Origin: an uncultured Gammaproteobacteria bacterium
GTDB lineage: Bacteria; Patescibacteriota; Patescibacteriia; CAZSQN01
Length of the DNA: 64,000 bases
Assembly (NCBI GenBank): GCA_964609095.1
Contig: CAZSQN010000002.1
Span: 88,066 to 152,065, forward strand
Direction of reading: 5' to 3'
Shown here one piece after another: positions 1 to 9,398 of the stretch. The translations under genes and the position numbers were made by a program. Position 1 is the stretch's first letter. Each line of letters starts with the position of its first letter. The notes under the pieces were generated by a model that worked only from the letters and a program-made list of their open reading frames with translations, made no database searches and had not been told where the DNA came from.

Positions 1-240
1 TATCTTCGCGTTTATAAAACAGTCGTTCAGACAAAAATCATAGCCGCCTTAAATCATGATTCCGTCATCCAGCAAATCAATACGGAGACATTTGAACGGA
101 TAAAAAAACTTCGCGATAAAATGGGCGGCCTAAAATCGCCGGAACTCCTTCAAAGAATCAATCCTTTTGTGGAAAATTCTGCCGTGGCGCAGGAAGAGGA
201 AAATCCGGCTCAAAATACGGTTAATCAGGCCTCCCATTAG
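1..240 (+). CDS. 3' end of an unidentified CDS (partial; start lies upstream of window)
   Basis: Frame 1 is open from position 1 to TAG at 238-240 (…VNQASH*); no family recognised. Confidence 0.35.
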   Translation, partial: YLRVYKTVVQTKIIAALNHDSVIQQINTETFERIKKLRDKMGGLKSPELLQRINPFVENSAVAQEEENPAQNTVNQASH

Positions 241-248
241 GATGAACA

Positions 249-277
249 TTGACAAAACATATCTTAATATGATATGC
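249..277 (+). promoter_or_regulatory. Candidate sigma70-like promoter upstream of rpmA
   Basis: TTGACA at 249-254, then a 17-nt spacer and a weak -10 (ATATGC) at 272-277; rpmA ATG at 319. Confidence 0.3.
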
Positions 278-318
278 TTTTTTCAAATCTAAATTCTTAA
301 TTCCAGCTTCACAGTTAT

Positions 319-600
319 ATGGCGCATAAGAAAGCAGGGGGTTCTACAGCTTTGGGCCGCGATTCCCACGGACAGCGGTTGGGAATAAAACTTGCCGATG
401 GCGCGATGGCGCATCCCGGCATGATTTTAGTTCGCCAGCGCGGCAGCAAAGTCCGCCCGGGCAAAAACGTTAAAAGGGGCTCTGACGATACCCTTTTTGC
501 CACCTCGGTTGGCGTGGTTAAATACGTTAATAAAAAAATAGAAAAATTCTACGGCAAACTGGAGTGGTCAAAATTTGTCCACGTCCTGCCGAAAAAGTAA
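319..600 (+). CDS. rpmA: 50S ribosomal protein L27
   Basis: [24 protein letters not shown]…[16 protein letters not shown]…DTLFA is the canonical L27 signature; the C-terminus is slightly extended. Confidence 0.9.
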   Translation: MAHKKAGGSTALGRDSHGQRLGIKLADGAMAHPGMILVRQRGSKVRPGKNVKRGSDDTLFATSVGVVKYVNKKIEKFYGKLEWSKFVHVLPKK

Positions 601-674
601 ATCCCGCTATTCACTTATTAGTACGCGTTGTTAGCGGGATGCCCACATCGAGTGGGCAAAAAAGACCCACGGCT

Positions 675-691
675 AAAAACCGGGGGTTTTT
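675..691 (+). terminator. Stem-loop plus T-run downstream of rpmA (one of several hairpins in 601-717)
   Basis: aaaaaccgggggttttt followed by ctt; two further hairpins at 601-641 and 696-717. Confidence 0.4.
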
Positions 692-771
692 CTTATGCGG
701 AATATTTCTCCCGCATCCTCCGTATAAAAATAATTACGTTCATAATAAAAAAAATAATTACTTTCATAGTC

Positions 772-801
772 CCCTATTACTTGCTATAGCAAGTAATAGG
801 G
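772..801 (-). terminator. Perfect 13-bp-stem hairpin just downstream of the pyrG stop
   Basis: ccctattacttgc-tata-gcaagtaataggg is a perfect inverted repeat; a T8 run follows on the minus strand but about 17 nt away, so it is not a classic intrinsic terminator. Confidence 0.35.
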
Positions 802-822
802 ATTTTAATGCGCTGAAAATGA

Positions 823-2442
823 TTATTTGTTAATTGATGCTTTGATAAATTCGCGGAAAAGAGGGTGCGGACTTAGCGGACGGCTTTTGAATTCCGGATG
901 GAATTGCGTGCCGACAAAAAATGGATGGTTGGAAATTTCTATAATCTCAACCAATTTATTGTCAGGCGAAGTGCCGGCAAGCAAAAGTCCGGCGCTCTCC
1001 AATCTTTCCCTATAATCATTGTTAAACTCGTATCTGTGCCTATGCCGTTCTGAAATTATCTTTTTGCCGTAAGCGACTCTTGATTTTGATTTTGGATGGA
1101 GGACGCAAGGATAAGCGCCGAGCCGCATTGTTCCGCCGTATTTTTTAGCTCTGATAATACCCTCCTGCTCCGGCATAATATGAATTACCGGATGTGATGT
1201 CTTGGCATCAACCTCCGTGGTATTGGCTCCTTTAAGTTTAGCCGCATGGCGTGCGAATTCAATGGTGGCAAGCTGCATCCCATAACAAAGCCCCAAAAAA
1301 GGTATTTTATGCTCACGGACATATTTTATGGCCATTATCTTCCCTTCCACCCCGCGCTTCCCGAACCCGCCCGGCACAATCACGCCGTCAAATTCTTTTA
1401 ATCTGGAAACCGCTTTTGGATTTTTTTCAAACTCCTCGGAATTAACCCACTGGATTTCCGGCTTTCTGCCGGCCGCCCAAGCCGCGTGCTTTACTGCTTC
1501 AATCACGGAGATATAAGCGTCGGGCAAAACAAACTCTCCGGTTTCAAAATATTTGCCTACCAGCGCCACCCGAACCGACTTTTTAACTGTTTTTATCGTT
1601 CGCACTAATTTTGACCATTGTCTTAAGTCCCGCATCCTTCCTCCCAAATCAAGTTTTTCTATAATGCGCTTGGACAGCCCTTCGCGCTCAAAGTTCAGAG
1701 GAATTTCATAAATAGAATCAACATCCGGCGCGGAAATAACATCGCGCTCGCTGACAGAGCAAAATAGCGAAAGCTTTCTTTTTCTTGGAGCGTCAAGGGG
1801 CCGCTCGGCGCGGGCCAAAATCAAATCCGGCTGGATGCCGGCGCTGTTTAGCTGATGCACCGCGTTCTGCGTCGGTTTTGTTTTCATCTCACCCACTTTG
1901 GCCGGAATGGGCAAATAGGAGACCAGCGCCGTTAAAACATCTTTTGGCGCGCGTAGTTTCATCATTCTGGCTGCTTCCAGAAACAAGATATTTTGATACT
2001 CGCCGACAGTGCCGCCTATTTCAATTATGCAAATCTCCGCGTGTGCCTTATGCGCCGCCAGTTTAATGCGACGGATAACTTCCTCCGGAATATGCGGCAC
2101 CACTTCCACGCACCTGCCGCCGTATTCCAGATTGCGCTCGCGTTCTATCACCGTCTTATAAACGCGCCCGGTCGTCATATAGTTTGCGGAGGCGATGTCA
2201 GTATCCAAAAATCTCTCGTAATTGCCAATATCCTGGTCTGTTTCATCGCCGTCATCGGTCACAAACACTTCCCCGTGCTCCACCGGGTTCATGGTGCCGG
2301 CGTCGACATTGATATAAGGGTCAATTTTAATGGCCGTAACTTTATAACCGCGCGACTGCAAAATACAGCCGATGGAAGCCACGGCCGTGCCCTTTCCCAC
2401 CCCGCTCATTACTCCTCCGGCGACAAAGATGAATTTGGACAT
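823..2442 (-). CDS. pyrG: CTP synthase
   Basis: MSKFIFVAGGVMSGVGKGT… at the N-terminus; GATase motif GLCYGMQ at the C-terminus; ORF-track start 2475 is probably an N-terminal over-extension and MSKF begins at 2442. Confidence 0.93.
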   Translation of the reverse strand: MSKFIFVAGGVMSGVGKGTAVASIGCILQSRGYKVTAIKIDPYINVDAGTMNPVEHGEVFVTDDGDETDQDIGNYERFLDTDIASANYMTTGRVYKTVIERERNLEYGGRCVEVVPHIPEEVIRRIKLAAHKAHAEICIIEIGGTVGEYQNILFLEAARMMKLRAPKDVLTALVSYLPIPAKVGEMKTKPTQNAVHQLNSAGIQPDLILARAERPLDAPRKRKLSLFCSVSERDVISAPDVDSIYEIPLNFEREGLSKRIIEKLDLGGRMRDLRQWSKLVRTIKTVKKSVRVALVGKYFETGEFVLPDAYISVIEAVKHAAWAAGRKPEIQWVNSEEFEKNPKAVSRLKEFDGVIVPGGFGKRGVEGKIMAIKYVREHKIPFLGLCYGMQLATIEFARHAAKLKGANTTEVDAKTSHPVIHIMPEQEGIIRAKKYGGTMRLGAYPCVLHPKSKSRVAYGKKIISERHRHRYEFNNDYRERLESAGLLLAGTSPDNKLVEIIEISNHPFFVGTQFHPEFKSRPLSPHPLFREFIKASINK

Positions 2443-2457
2443 ATTCTTAATCAATGA

Positions 2458-2560
2458 CCAAATCCCAAATCCCAAATTCTAAACAAATTCAAAATATGTT
2501 TAGAGTTTAGCGCTTAGGATTTTGAGTTTATTTAGAACAATTAGAATAATTAGGTTAATT
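2458..2560. repeat. Paired tandem-heptamer blocks: (CCAAATC)x3 … (GTTTAGN)xn
   Basis: ccaaatc ccaaatc ccaaatt ctaaaca…, then gtttaga gtttagc gcttagg attttga gtttatt; tctaaaca/tgtttaga are complementary. Confidence 0.7.
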
Positions 2561-3049
2561 TAATCTCTTGCGTCTTATATGCTGTTTCGCTTTAACGCGA
2601 TTTTTAAGCGCGGGAATGCTTCCCCCCAATAAAATTATAGCTTTTACTAGTAGCGGTTCTATATCCTTATAATCACTCTTGGCATAGGCCTTATTTAATG
2701 GAATCCAAATCACTTCTTGTATTTTTTCTTTTTTTTGCGGCTTGGCAACCACTCCCATCGGCGCCTCCATTAAATAATAATGAAGGAACTTGTGGACAAG
2801 CTCCCCCTTTCTTACAAATCTGTCGCGAAACCAAAAATCCGCCTTTCCAAGATATTCACGAACTTTAATCCCCTTTATGCCCATCTCCTCTTCCGCTTCG
2901 CGGGCAGCGGCTTCCTCCGTCACTTCTCCTTCTTCAACATGCCCTTTGGGAAAAGCCCATTTGCCATACGGATCTAAAATAAAGCCGATTTCAATTTGTC
3001 CATTGACTCTGCGATAAACGACTCCTCCGGCTGATACTTCAACACGCAT
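2555..3049 (-). CDS. NUDIX hydrolase
   Basis: Nudix box GHVEEGEVTEEAAAREAEEEMGI. Confidence 0.85.
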   Translation of the reverse strand: MRVEVSAGGVVYRRVNGQIEIGFILDPYGKWAFPKGHVEEGEVTEEAAAREAEEEMGIKGIKVREYLGKADFWFRDRFVRKGELVHKFLHYYLMEAPMGVVAKPQKKEKIQEVIWIPLNKAYAKSDYKDIEPLLVKAIILLGGSIPALKNRVKAKQHIRRKRLN

Positions 3050-3140
3050 AACAGTAATACTGATTATATACAGATTACATACAAATGACGCGGATTATCT
3101 GTGTCATTTGCATCCATCAGCATGTTATCCGTATTTGTGT

Positions 3141-4427
3141 TTATTTCAATTGTTCTTTTAAGATATCCAACGCTTTATCCAATTGCGGATCGCGGTTGGC
3201 GTTATAATCCTCTTCGGTTAATTCAACTTCCACATCGGGCGCTATCCCCTTCTTGTCTATGAAATTCTTTTTGGGAGTCAGCCATTCGGCAACGGTTATT
3301 TTAAGCGCGGAACCGTCGCGGAACTGCTGATAATCCTGAACCGAGCCCTTGCCGAATGTCTTTTTGCCGACCAATTTGGCTTTGCCGTAATCCTGCAGGG
3401 CGCCGGCGAGAATTTCTGAACCGGAGGCCGAACCTTCGTTTATAAGCACAACCGTCGGCAAATGCCCCAAGCGGCTGCGGCCGTCGGATTTATATTCACG
3501 CTCGGCGCCGTCAGCCATTCTTTCAATAAGCACCGCATCGTTTTCTATCCATTCTCCGGTTACGGCAACCGCGGAATCAAGAAACCCTCCCGGATTGGAA
3601 CGAAGGTCAAGGATAATAGCTTTAGCGTCTTTGCTTAAAACCTCTCTCACGGCGCGATCAAAATTCCTGGCGGTATCCTCTCCAAAATGAGTGATTTTGA
3701 TTATGGCAACGCCGTCTTTATATTGCGTCCGCACGCTTTTTACCTCTATCTGATCCCTGGTTATTTCCACCTCAAACGGCTGTTTGACTCCGGCGCGGCC
3801 GATAAGCAATTTTACTTTTGTTCCTTTCGGGCCTCTTATTTTTGAGACGGCAAGATCTATGGTCATACCCGCGGTATCCTCGCCGTCAATGGCCAAAACC
3901 GCGTCGCCAGAGCGCAATCCGGCGCGCTCCGCCGGCGTGTCGGGCAAAGGGGAAATAATCGTCACGCGATCGTTTTTAACGCCGACTTCGGCGCCAATGC
4001 CGCTAAATGACCCCGCCAGCTCTTCATTAAATTTCCGCGCCGTTACCGGTTCAAGAAACAAAGAATAAGGGTCCTCAAGAGCGGCCACCATTCCCTTTAA
4101 GGCGCCGTAAAAAAGCTTGACTTCGGGAACCGGCTGGTGCACGAATTGGGTGCGCGCCAGATTCCACACTTCCCAAAACTGGTTAAAATCAACGTCTTTT
4201 GACAAATCGGCGGGAACAACGGCTTTGTCTATAACTACGCCCTCTCGAACCGGTTCAGTTTGTTTGGAAGAAACCAAAAAACCGCCCAAAAAGGACATTA
4301 TTACAAGCGAAGCGGTTATATAACCCCAAAGCAATTTCCTTAGAATCCGCCTGGCAACGGAGCGGGTCATTGAATGAGAAGTTAACATATCACTTTTAAT
4401 TTTAAAGGAATTGCCTTCTTCCGTCAA
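3141..4427 (-). CDS. Carboxyl-terminal processing protease (S41 family, PDZ domain), membrane-anchored
   Basis: An N-terminal TM segment; PDZ-like GIGAEVG…SPLPDTPAERAGLRSGDAVLAIDGE; S41 core ILDLRSNPGG…; the start could be an internal Met. Confidence 0.85.
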   Translation of the reverse strand: MTEEGNSFKIKSDMLTSHSMTRSVARRILRKLLWGYITASLVIMSFLGGFLVSSKQTEPVREGVVIDKAVVPADLSKDVDFNQFWEVWNLARTQFVHQPVPEVKLFYGALKGMVAALEDPYSLFLEPVTARKFNEELAGSFSGIGAEVGVKNDRVTIISPLPDTPAERAGLRSGDAVLAIDGEDTAGMTIDLAVSKIRGPKGTKVKLLIGRAGVKQPFEVEITRDQIEVKSVRTQYKDGVAIIKITHFGEDTARNFDRAVREVLSKDAKAIILDLRSNPGGFLDSAVAVTGEWIENDAVLIERMADGAEREYKSDGRSRLGHLPTVVLINEGSASGSEILAGALQDYGKAKLVGKKTFGKGSVQDYQQFRDGSALKITVAEWLTPKKNFIDKKGIAPDVEVELTEEDYNANRDPQLDKALDILKEQLK

Positions 4428-4482
4428 AAAACAAAAGAGCGGGGTTGATTTCCATTCAATTTTCTGCGAGAATTAAAATGTT

Positions 4483-5847
4483 ATGTCAATCAGAGCAAGG
4501 CAATTTTTTTTCGCCATACTGGCCGCGCTTTTCATCATCTCGGCTCCTTTGGTTATCCTTTACGCGACCGGCTATCGCTATAATTTTAAAAAAAAATTAA
4601 TTGAAAAAACCGGCTCGCTCGTTCTTGATTCCGCTCCTAAAAAAGCCCGCGTTCTCATTAACGGCGAGGACGCCCGCAAAATCACTCCGGCCAGATTTGC
4701 GCGGCTTCTTCCCGACGATTACCGCATCCGCATGGAAAAAACCGGCTATCATCCGTGGGAAAAGACCCTGCCGGTTACCTCAAAACACACTACTTTCGCC
4801 ACCGATGTCACGCTGTTTAAAATCGCCTCGCCCGAAACTGTTTGGGAGGGCCGAATAAGCAAAGCCGCGCCGTCGCCGGACGGCGGGAAAATAGCCATTA
4901 TCTCCCCCGGCGCGGAAGACGAAACAAAATCAGATGATCGCCTGATTGCTTTTAGCTTATCCAAACCCGAACCTAAAATAATTTTCTCTCTTGCCAAAAC
5001 CAGGATATTGGACGCGCTTTGGTCGCCGGATGGCGAAAATATTCTTATTAAAACAGAAGGCGCTGGCGGACAGAGATTTTTTATAGTCAATCCCGCTTCC
5101 GGCGAACAAAACCAAATAAATATGACGGCAAAACAGGCATTTTCAGAGCTTGTCTGGGGAACGCGGAGCGATATTTTATTCGGAACAGTTAAAAAAAATA
5201 ACGGTTACGCCATCTACAAATTAAATCCGCGGTCCGCCGGTCCGGCCGAATTGCTCGGCCTGGGCGGCGCGGCGATTTATTCGTCAAAGCAATCAATTTA
5301 CACGATCGCCGGCGATAAAAATGGAAGCCGCCTTCTTGAATTGGCCGCAGATAAAGCCGCTTCGCCGCGCGAAATACTGCGCTTGCGGCCGGGAAAATAT
5401 AAATTCCTGCCGTCTCCCGAAAACATTCTCACGGTTGTAAACGAAGAAGAACCGCGGATGTATGTGATTAGCCCCTCGGCGGAAGATCCTGTTATTCTTG
5501 AAGAAAGAGCGCACATCGGCTCATGGTCGCCGAGCGATAAAAAATTGATTATCACGGACAATTTTGAACTGCAGGTGTTTGAACCGGAATTAAACCACAT
5601 CAAATTTATCACCCGCTACGGCAAGCAGATTAAAAAAGCGCTCTGGATTGATTCCGAAGCGCAAGTCGTCCTGCAGTTTGACGATTCCATTCTGGGATTA
5701 GAGCTGGATTCGCGCGGCGAAAGATATTCGCCGACTCTGGCGGAAGCGGAAATGATTTTTGATTTATTTTTTTCCAAAGACGGTGAGACCGCTTATTTTG
5801 TCTCCGGAGAGCGCGAGATGAAGCTTTTTAAACTCCTGATACAATAG
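4483..5847 (+). CDS. Membrane-anchored PEGA-domain protein with TolB-like beta-propeller repeats
   Basis: N-terminal TM; PEGA-like KARVLINGEDARKITPARFARLLPDDYRIRMEKTGYHPWEKTL; repeated WSPDG / SWSPSDKK propeller-blade motifs. Confidence 0.7.
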   Translation: MSIRARQFFFAILAALFIISAPLVILYATGYRYNFKKKLIEKTGSLVLDSAPKKARVLINGEDARKITPARFARLLPDDYRIRMEKTGYHPWEKTLPVTSKHTTFATDVTLFKIASPETVWEGRISKAAPSPDGGKIAIISPGAEDETKSDDRLIAFSLSKPEPKIIFSLAKTRILDALWSPDGENILIKTEGAGGQRFFIVNPASGEQNQINMTAKQAFSELVWGTRSDILFGTVKKNNGYAIYKLNPRSAGPAELLGLGGAAIYSSKQSIYTIAGDKNGSRLLELAADKAASPREILRLRPGKYKFLPSPENILTVVNEEEPRMYVISPSAEDPVILEERAHIGSWSPSDKKLIITDNFELQVFEPELNHIKFITRYGKQIKKALWIDSEAQVVLQFDDSILGLELDSRGERYSPTLAEAEMIFDLFFSKDGETAYFVSGEREMKLFKLLIQ

Positions 5848-5876
5848 ATCTGTTATTAAACAACGTATCTAATAAA

Positions 5877-6953
5877 TCAAATTTCAATATAGCAGTTATC
5901 TCCCGCGATCATTTTATGCCCCAAAGGCAGGGAAGACGAGGACGAAACAACGGTGGCTCCGGCTCCGATCAAGCTGTCAACGATTCTTGCGTTGCAGTTA
6001 ATGGAAACGCCGTCAAAAAGTATTGAATGTTCTATCTCGCCTCCGGCAATGGCGCAATTCCCGCCGATAGAAGTATAGGGACCGATATAACTTTTTTCTA
6101 TTTTGCAATTTTCGCCGATAATAACCGGGCCTCTGATCAAAACATCCGGCCCGATTACTGTTCCTTTGCCGACGGAAACCTTTCCCTGGATAACCGCGTC
6201 CGGATGCGTTTCTCCCAAATTAAGCATCGCGCCTCTCCCCAGCTCTTCCAAAATAAGCTGATTGCCGTGAAGCAAATCCTCCGGCTTGCCCGTGTCCTTC
6301 CACCAACCGGTGATTTCTTCAAAACCGACTTTGGCGCCGGCTCTGATAAGTTCGCTGTGAATATCCGAGATTTCGTATTCGCCGCGGGAAGAAGGCGCGA
6401 TTTTATCAAAAGCGTCAAAAAAAATTTTATCGTACAGATAAATCCCCGAAACCGCAAAATTGCTTTTTGGATTTTGCGGTTTTTCTTCAACCCGTATTAT
6501 CCGTCCGTCTTTTATCTCCGGCACGCCGAATCTCTGCGGGTCTTTAACGCGGGAGAGCGCGAGAAGGCAGTTCAGCCCCTCTCTTTCAAAACGTTCCACG
6601 AATTTTTTAACGCTTCCCAAAATGATATTGTCCCCGAGATAAAAAATAAACGGCTCATTGCCTAAAAACGGCTGCGCGATTTTAACCGCGTGGGCAATGC
6701 CTAACGGGCCGCCCGTTTGCTCAATATAAGTAATCCGCATCCCCCAGCGGCCGCCGTTGCCGACAATGTTCTGCAATATGGATTCGCCGGGATTAACAAT
6801 AATTCCGACATCCCTGATGCCCGTTTCGGCGATTTTTTCCAAAGCGTAAAAAAGCATCGGCTTTCCGGCTAAAGGAATCAAATGCTTGTTCCAAGTATAA
6901 GTGATGGGGCGGAGCCGCGTGGCGCGGCCGCCGGCTGTAATCAATGCTTTCAT
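5877..6953 (-). CDS. Sugar-1-phosphate nucleotidyltransferase, long form with C-terminal left-handed beta-helix (glucose-1-phosphate thymidylyltransferase-like)
   Basis: MKALITAGGRATRLRPITYTWNKHLIPLAGKPM… nucleotidyltransferase N-domain; hexapeptide repeats at the C-terminus. Confidence 0.8.
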   Translation of the reverse strand: MKALITAGGRATRLRPITYTWNKHLIPLAGKPMLFYALEKIAETGIRDVGIIVNPGESILQNIVGNGGRWGMRITYIEQTGGPLGIAHAVKIAQPFLGNEPFIFYLGDNIILGSVKKFVERFEREGLNCLLALSRVKDPQRFGVPEIKDGRIIRVEEKPQNPKSNFAVSGIYLYDKIFFDAFDKIAPSSRGEYEISDIHSELIRAGAKVGFEEITGWWKDTGKPEDLLHGNQLILEELGRGAMLNLGETHPDAVIQGKVSVGKGTVIGPDVLIRGPVIIGENCKIEKSYIGPYTSIGGNCAIAGGEIEHSILFDGVSINCNARIVDSLIGAGATVVSSSSSLPLGHKMIAGDNCYIEI

Positions 6954-6971
6954 CTTTATATATTTTTAGAT

Positions 6972-7808
6972 TTAAATATTTAAATATTCTGTTAACGCTT
7001 CCTCCCAGCTTCGGAGCGGCGGCATTTTGGTTGAAATTAATTCCGAATATGCCGGGCGTTTTGCCGGGCGCGGAAAAGCAGAGGAAGAAACCGGGCGGCA
7101 AACAGCGCCTTCTTTGGCAATCTCCAAAACCTTTTTCCCAAATCCGTACCAGGTGCAGGCGCCGGAGTTAGCCGCGTGATAAATGCCATAGGGCATTTGC
7201 TTGTCCATAATTTCTTTTGTCCGCGAAGCAAGGTCTTTAGCGTAAGTCGGAGATGAATATTCTTCATCAACCAAATCCAAATATTTTTTCGTTTTTGCCA
7301 AATCCAAAATGGCGTCGGGAAAACTCTTTTTAGCCGCGCCGGAGGCGGCCGGAGGGCCAAAAAGGCGCGAGGTTCTTATAAGATAATGCTTATCCGCATT
7401 ACGGACAAGCTCCTTCTCGCCCAATAATTTTGACCTGCCGTAAACCGACAGCGGAGCCGGACGCGCGTCCTCGGCATAGCCATTTTTATTTGTTCCGTCA
7501 AAAACATAATCGGTTGAATAGTGAATTATAGCCGCTCCGCCTATCGTTGCCGCTTGCGCCAAGTAGCTAACGGCCGTTCCGTTTAAAAGATTGGCCGTTG
7601 CTTCATCTTCTTCCGCTTTGTCCACCGCGTTATAAGCCGCCGCGTTGATAATCAAATCAGGTTTCGTCTCCAGAATCTTTTTCAAAACATCATTTTTATC
7701 CGTTATATCTATTTCCTCCTTATCCCAGGCCAAAACCTGTCCGTAGCTAAAAACCTTAACCAATTCCTGCCCCAGCATGCCTTTTGCCCCGATAATAAGA
7801 GTTTTCAT
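6972..7808 (-). CDS. rmlD: dTDP-4-dehydrorhamnose reductase
   Basis: MKTLIIGAKGMLGQEL…STDYVFDG… RmlD-type SDR. Confidence 0.85.
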   Translation of the reverse strand: MKTLIIGAKGMLGQELVKVFSYGQVLAWDKEEIDITDKNDVLKKILETKPDLIINAAAYNAVDKAEEDEATANLLNGTAVSYLAQAATIGGAAIIHYSTDYVFDGTNKNGYAEDARPAPLSVYGRSKLLGEKELVRNADKHYLIRTSRLFGPPAASGAAKKSFPDAILDLAKTKKYLDLVDEEYSSPTYAKDLASRTKEIMDKQMPYGIYHAANSGACTWYGFGKKVLEIAKEGAVCRPVSSSAFPRPAKRPAYSELISTKMPPLRSWEEALTEYLNI

Positions 7809-7819
7809 AAATCACACTA

Positions 7820-7848
7820 ATTTAAATCAATTTTACCATTTTTGTCAA
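7820..7848 (-). promoter_or_regulatory. Sigma70-like promoter of rmlD (TTGACA-17-TTAAAT); near-leaderless
   Basis: Minus-strand reading: TTGACAaaaatggtaaaattgatTTAAATtagtgtgatttATG; the -10 box lies only about 11 nt from the ATG. Confidence 0.5.
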
Positions 7849-7969
7849 CCCAGCACATAACTTCTAGTGTGAGATTTTCGCAAATAGCCGATTGTGGAAT
7901 GTATTTTATCAAAATATATTGCGACAATTTATAATTGCGCATTTTTTAATTTAAAAATTATGTGCGGGG
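7849..7969. promoter_or_regulatory. Motif-bracketed intergenic segment: degenerate CCCAGCACATAA (7849-7860) … TTATGTGCGGGG (7958-7969)
   Basis: Inverted copies of the recurrent 12-mer. Confidence 0.5.
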
Positions 7970-7973
7970 TCAA

Positions 7974-8002
7974 TAAAAAAACCGTCCATTAAGAATGGGC
8001 GG
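7974..8002 (-). terminator. Intrinsic terminator of the histidine-phosphatase gene
   Basis: Minus-strand hairpin ccgcccatt-ctta-atggacgg followed by T7. Confidence 0.6.
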
Positions 8003-8572
8003 TTACCGCTCCGGGGTTCCCGGCAATTCTACCATTTTGTACTCCCCTCGTTTCAAGTTTGGCTCTTGGCCAAGATGAAAAAGAAGGGTATTGAGACCAT
8101 TGCCATGGCCGATAAACAAAAGTACATTGCGCGGCCCGTTGCGGTGATAAAGGAAAAATCTGCGCGCTTCATCAGAAATCACCGCGCGGTGCCTGGAAAG
8201 CACGCTATCGCGGGATTCGCCGCCAAACTTCGTGAAATCATATTCGCGGGGCGTGAAAGCGCTGGCACCGGCGCCGTATTTGGCTTCAATTTCTTGAACC
8301 GTCATTCCTTCCAGTTTGCCAAAAGAGCATTCCCGAAGGCGATTATCCAAAAGAACCGGTATGCCCAGACGCCTGCCAAAAATTTCCGCTGTTTCCCGAG
8401 CGCGGGACATGTCAGAGGAAACAATCCGTCCTATGCCAAGAGGAGCCAATTGCCAGACAAACATTTCCGCCCGAGCGCGTCCAATATCATTTAAGGAAAT
8501 ATCCGTCTGGCCTTGCAAGCGGCCTTGATGATTCCAATCGGTGTCAAAATGGCGGACTAAAACAATTTTCAT
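8003..8572 (-). CDS. Histidine phosphatase family protein (phosphoglycerate-mutase-like)
   Basis: MKIVLVRHFDTDWNHQGRLQGQTDISLNDIGRARAE… matches the RHG motif family; ORF-track start 8626 looks over-extended. Confidence 0.8.
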   Translation of the reverse strand: MKIVLVRHFDTDWNHQGRLQGQTDISLNDIGRARAEMFVWQLAPLGIGRIVSSDMSRARETAEIFGRRLGIPVLLDNRLRECSFGKLEGMTVQEIEAKYGAGASAFTPREYDFTKFGGESRDSVLSRHRAVISDEARRFFLYHRNGPRNVLLFIGHGNGLNTLLFHLGQEPNLKRGEYKMVELPGTPER

Positions 8573-8856
8573 GGCGCGCTCTCCTCTTGCCGCCTGCTCC
8601 CGCTGCCAAAATCCAGCACCTGCCATTCGTAGTAGAGCGCGAGACGGCGCCTGTACCTCTTAATTTCTTCTTTGAGAATATAAATCGTCTCGCCGCAGAT
8701 GTGCTCCAAAACATCATCGGGATTCAAACTCATAAGCGGCGCCTTTAGCCACTCGCCAACTTCATGACTGTTTTGGTCAAGCAATCTGTGAATAATGACA
8801 TGGTCGGGATATTCGACCTTGACCCTTTCCACAAACTCGGCTGGATACTGCCTCAT
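8569..8856 (-). CDS. Hypothetical small protein (95 aa)
   Basis: An ORF with RBS aaaggagg upstream and a TTGACA-17-TTAAAT promoter; its stop overlaps the next start by 4 nt (ATGA). Confidence 0.55.
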   Translation of the reverse strand: MRQYPAEFVERVKVEYPDHVIIHRLLDQNSHEVGEWLKAPLMSLNPDDVLEHICGETIYILKEEIKRYRRRLALYYEWQVLDFGSGSRRQEESAP

Positions 8857-8915
8857 TTTACGCCTCCTTTTGCTGATTTGAACGGGATTGGTTTATTGTG
8901 AAAAGAACATTTGAG

Positions 8916-8944
8916 ATTTAACCAAATTCAAAGCCCGTTGTCAA
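8916..8944 (-). promoter_or_regulatory. Sigma70-like promoter (TTGACA-17-TTAAAT) for the 8856 gene
   Basis: Minus-strand reading: TTGACAacgggctttgaatttggTTAAAT; the motif palindrome 8946-8974 lies immediately upstream. Confidence 0.5.
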
Positions 8945-8945
8945 G

Positions 8946-8974
8946 CCCCGCACATAACAGAATTATGCGTTGGG
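8946..8974. promoter_or_regulatory. Compact palindromic copy of the 12-mer: CCCCGCACATAA-cagaa-TTATGCGTTGGG
   Basis: Seen in sequence. Confidence 0.5.
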
Positions 8975-9391
8975 TCAAGCCCGATAATACGGACTCGCCC
9001 GCCTAAACTCTTCGTAGTCCTCTATATAATCTTCGCGGTTAGACGAATAGTTGGTGGAAGATAGCGCCAAAATCACGCAGTCGGATGAAGCGTCTTTGAA
9101 TCCGTGCCAGATAAAATTGGGAACATAAATCGCATCGCTGGGAGCTGACAATTTAATCTCCTCCAAACCCTTGCCGCGGTCAATCACAGCCGTCGCGCTT
9201 CCTTGCGCCAATATAAAAACTTCTTCTTCTATTTTATGGCAATGCTCGCCCGTTTTCCCGCCCGCCTCAAAATCGGTTATATAATAAACGCGTTTTACTT
9301 CAAACGGAATCAAATCTTTCAGTTCAATCGGCGTCAGCTTATAGCCACGACTGGGAAATGTCTTTAATTCAAATTTTCTAAATTCCTTCAT
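8975..9391 (-). CDS. fdtA: dTDP-4-keto-6-deoxyhexose 3,4-ketoisomerase (FdtA/QdtA/WxcM-like cupin)
   Basis: …GEHCHKIEEEVFILAQG…VPNFIWHGF…; a C-terminal DYIEDYEE-type tail. Confidence 0.75.
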   Translation of the reverse strand: MKEFRKFELKTFPSRGYKLTPIELKDLIPFEVKRVYYITDFEAGGKTGEHCHKIEEEVFILAQGSATAVIDRGKGLEEIKLSAPSDAIYVPNFIWHGFKDASSDCVILALSSTNYSSNREDYIEDYEEFRRASPYYRA

Positions 9392-9398
9392 TAAATTA

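Noticed and set aside
564-833. 89-aa plus-strand ORF spanning the rpmA-pyrG intergenic hairpin cluster
   Set aside because: It runs through terminator-like hairpins and the palindromic stem, has no RBS, and is low complexity (…HNKKNNYFHSP…). It is more likely non-coding.
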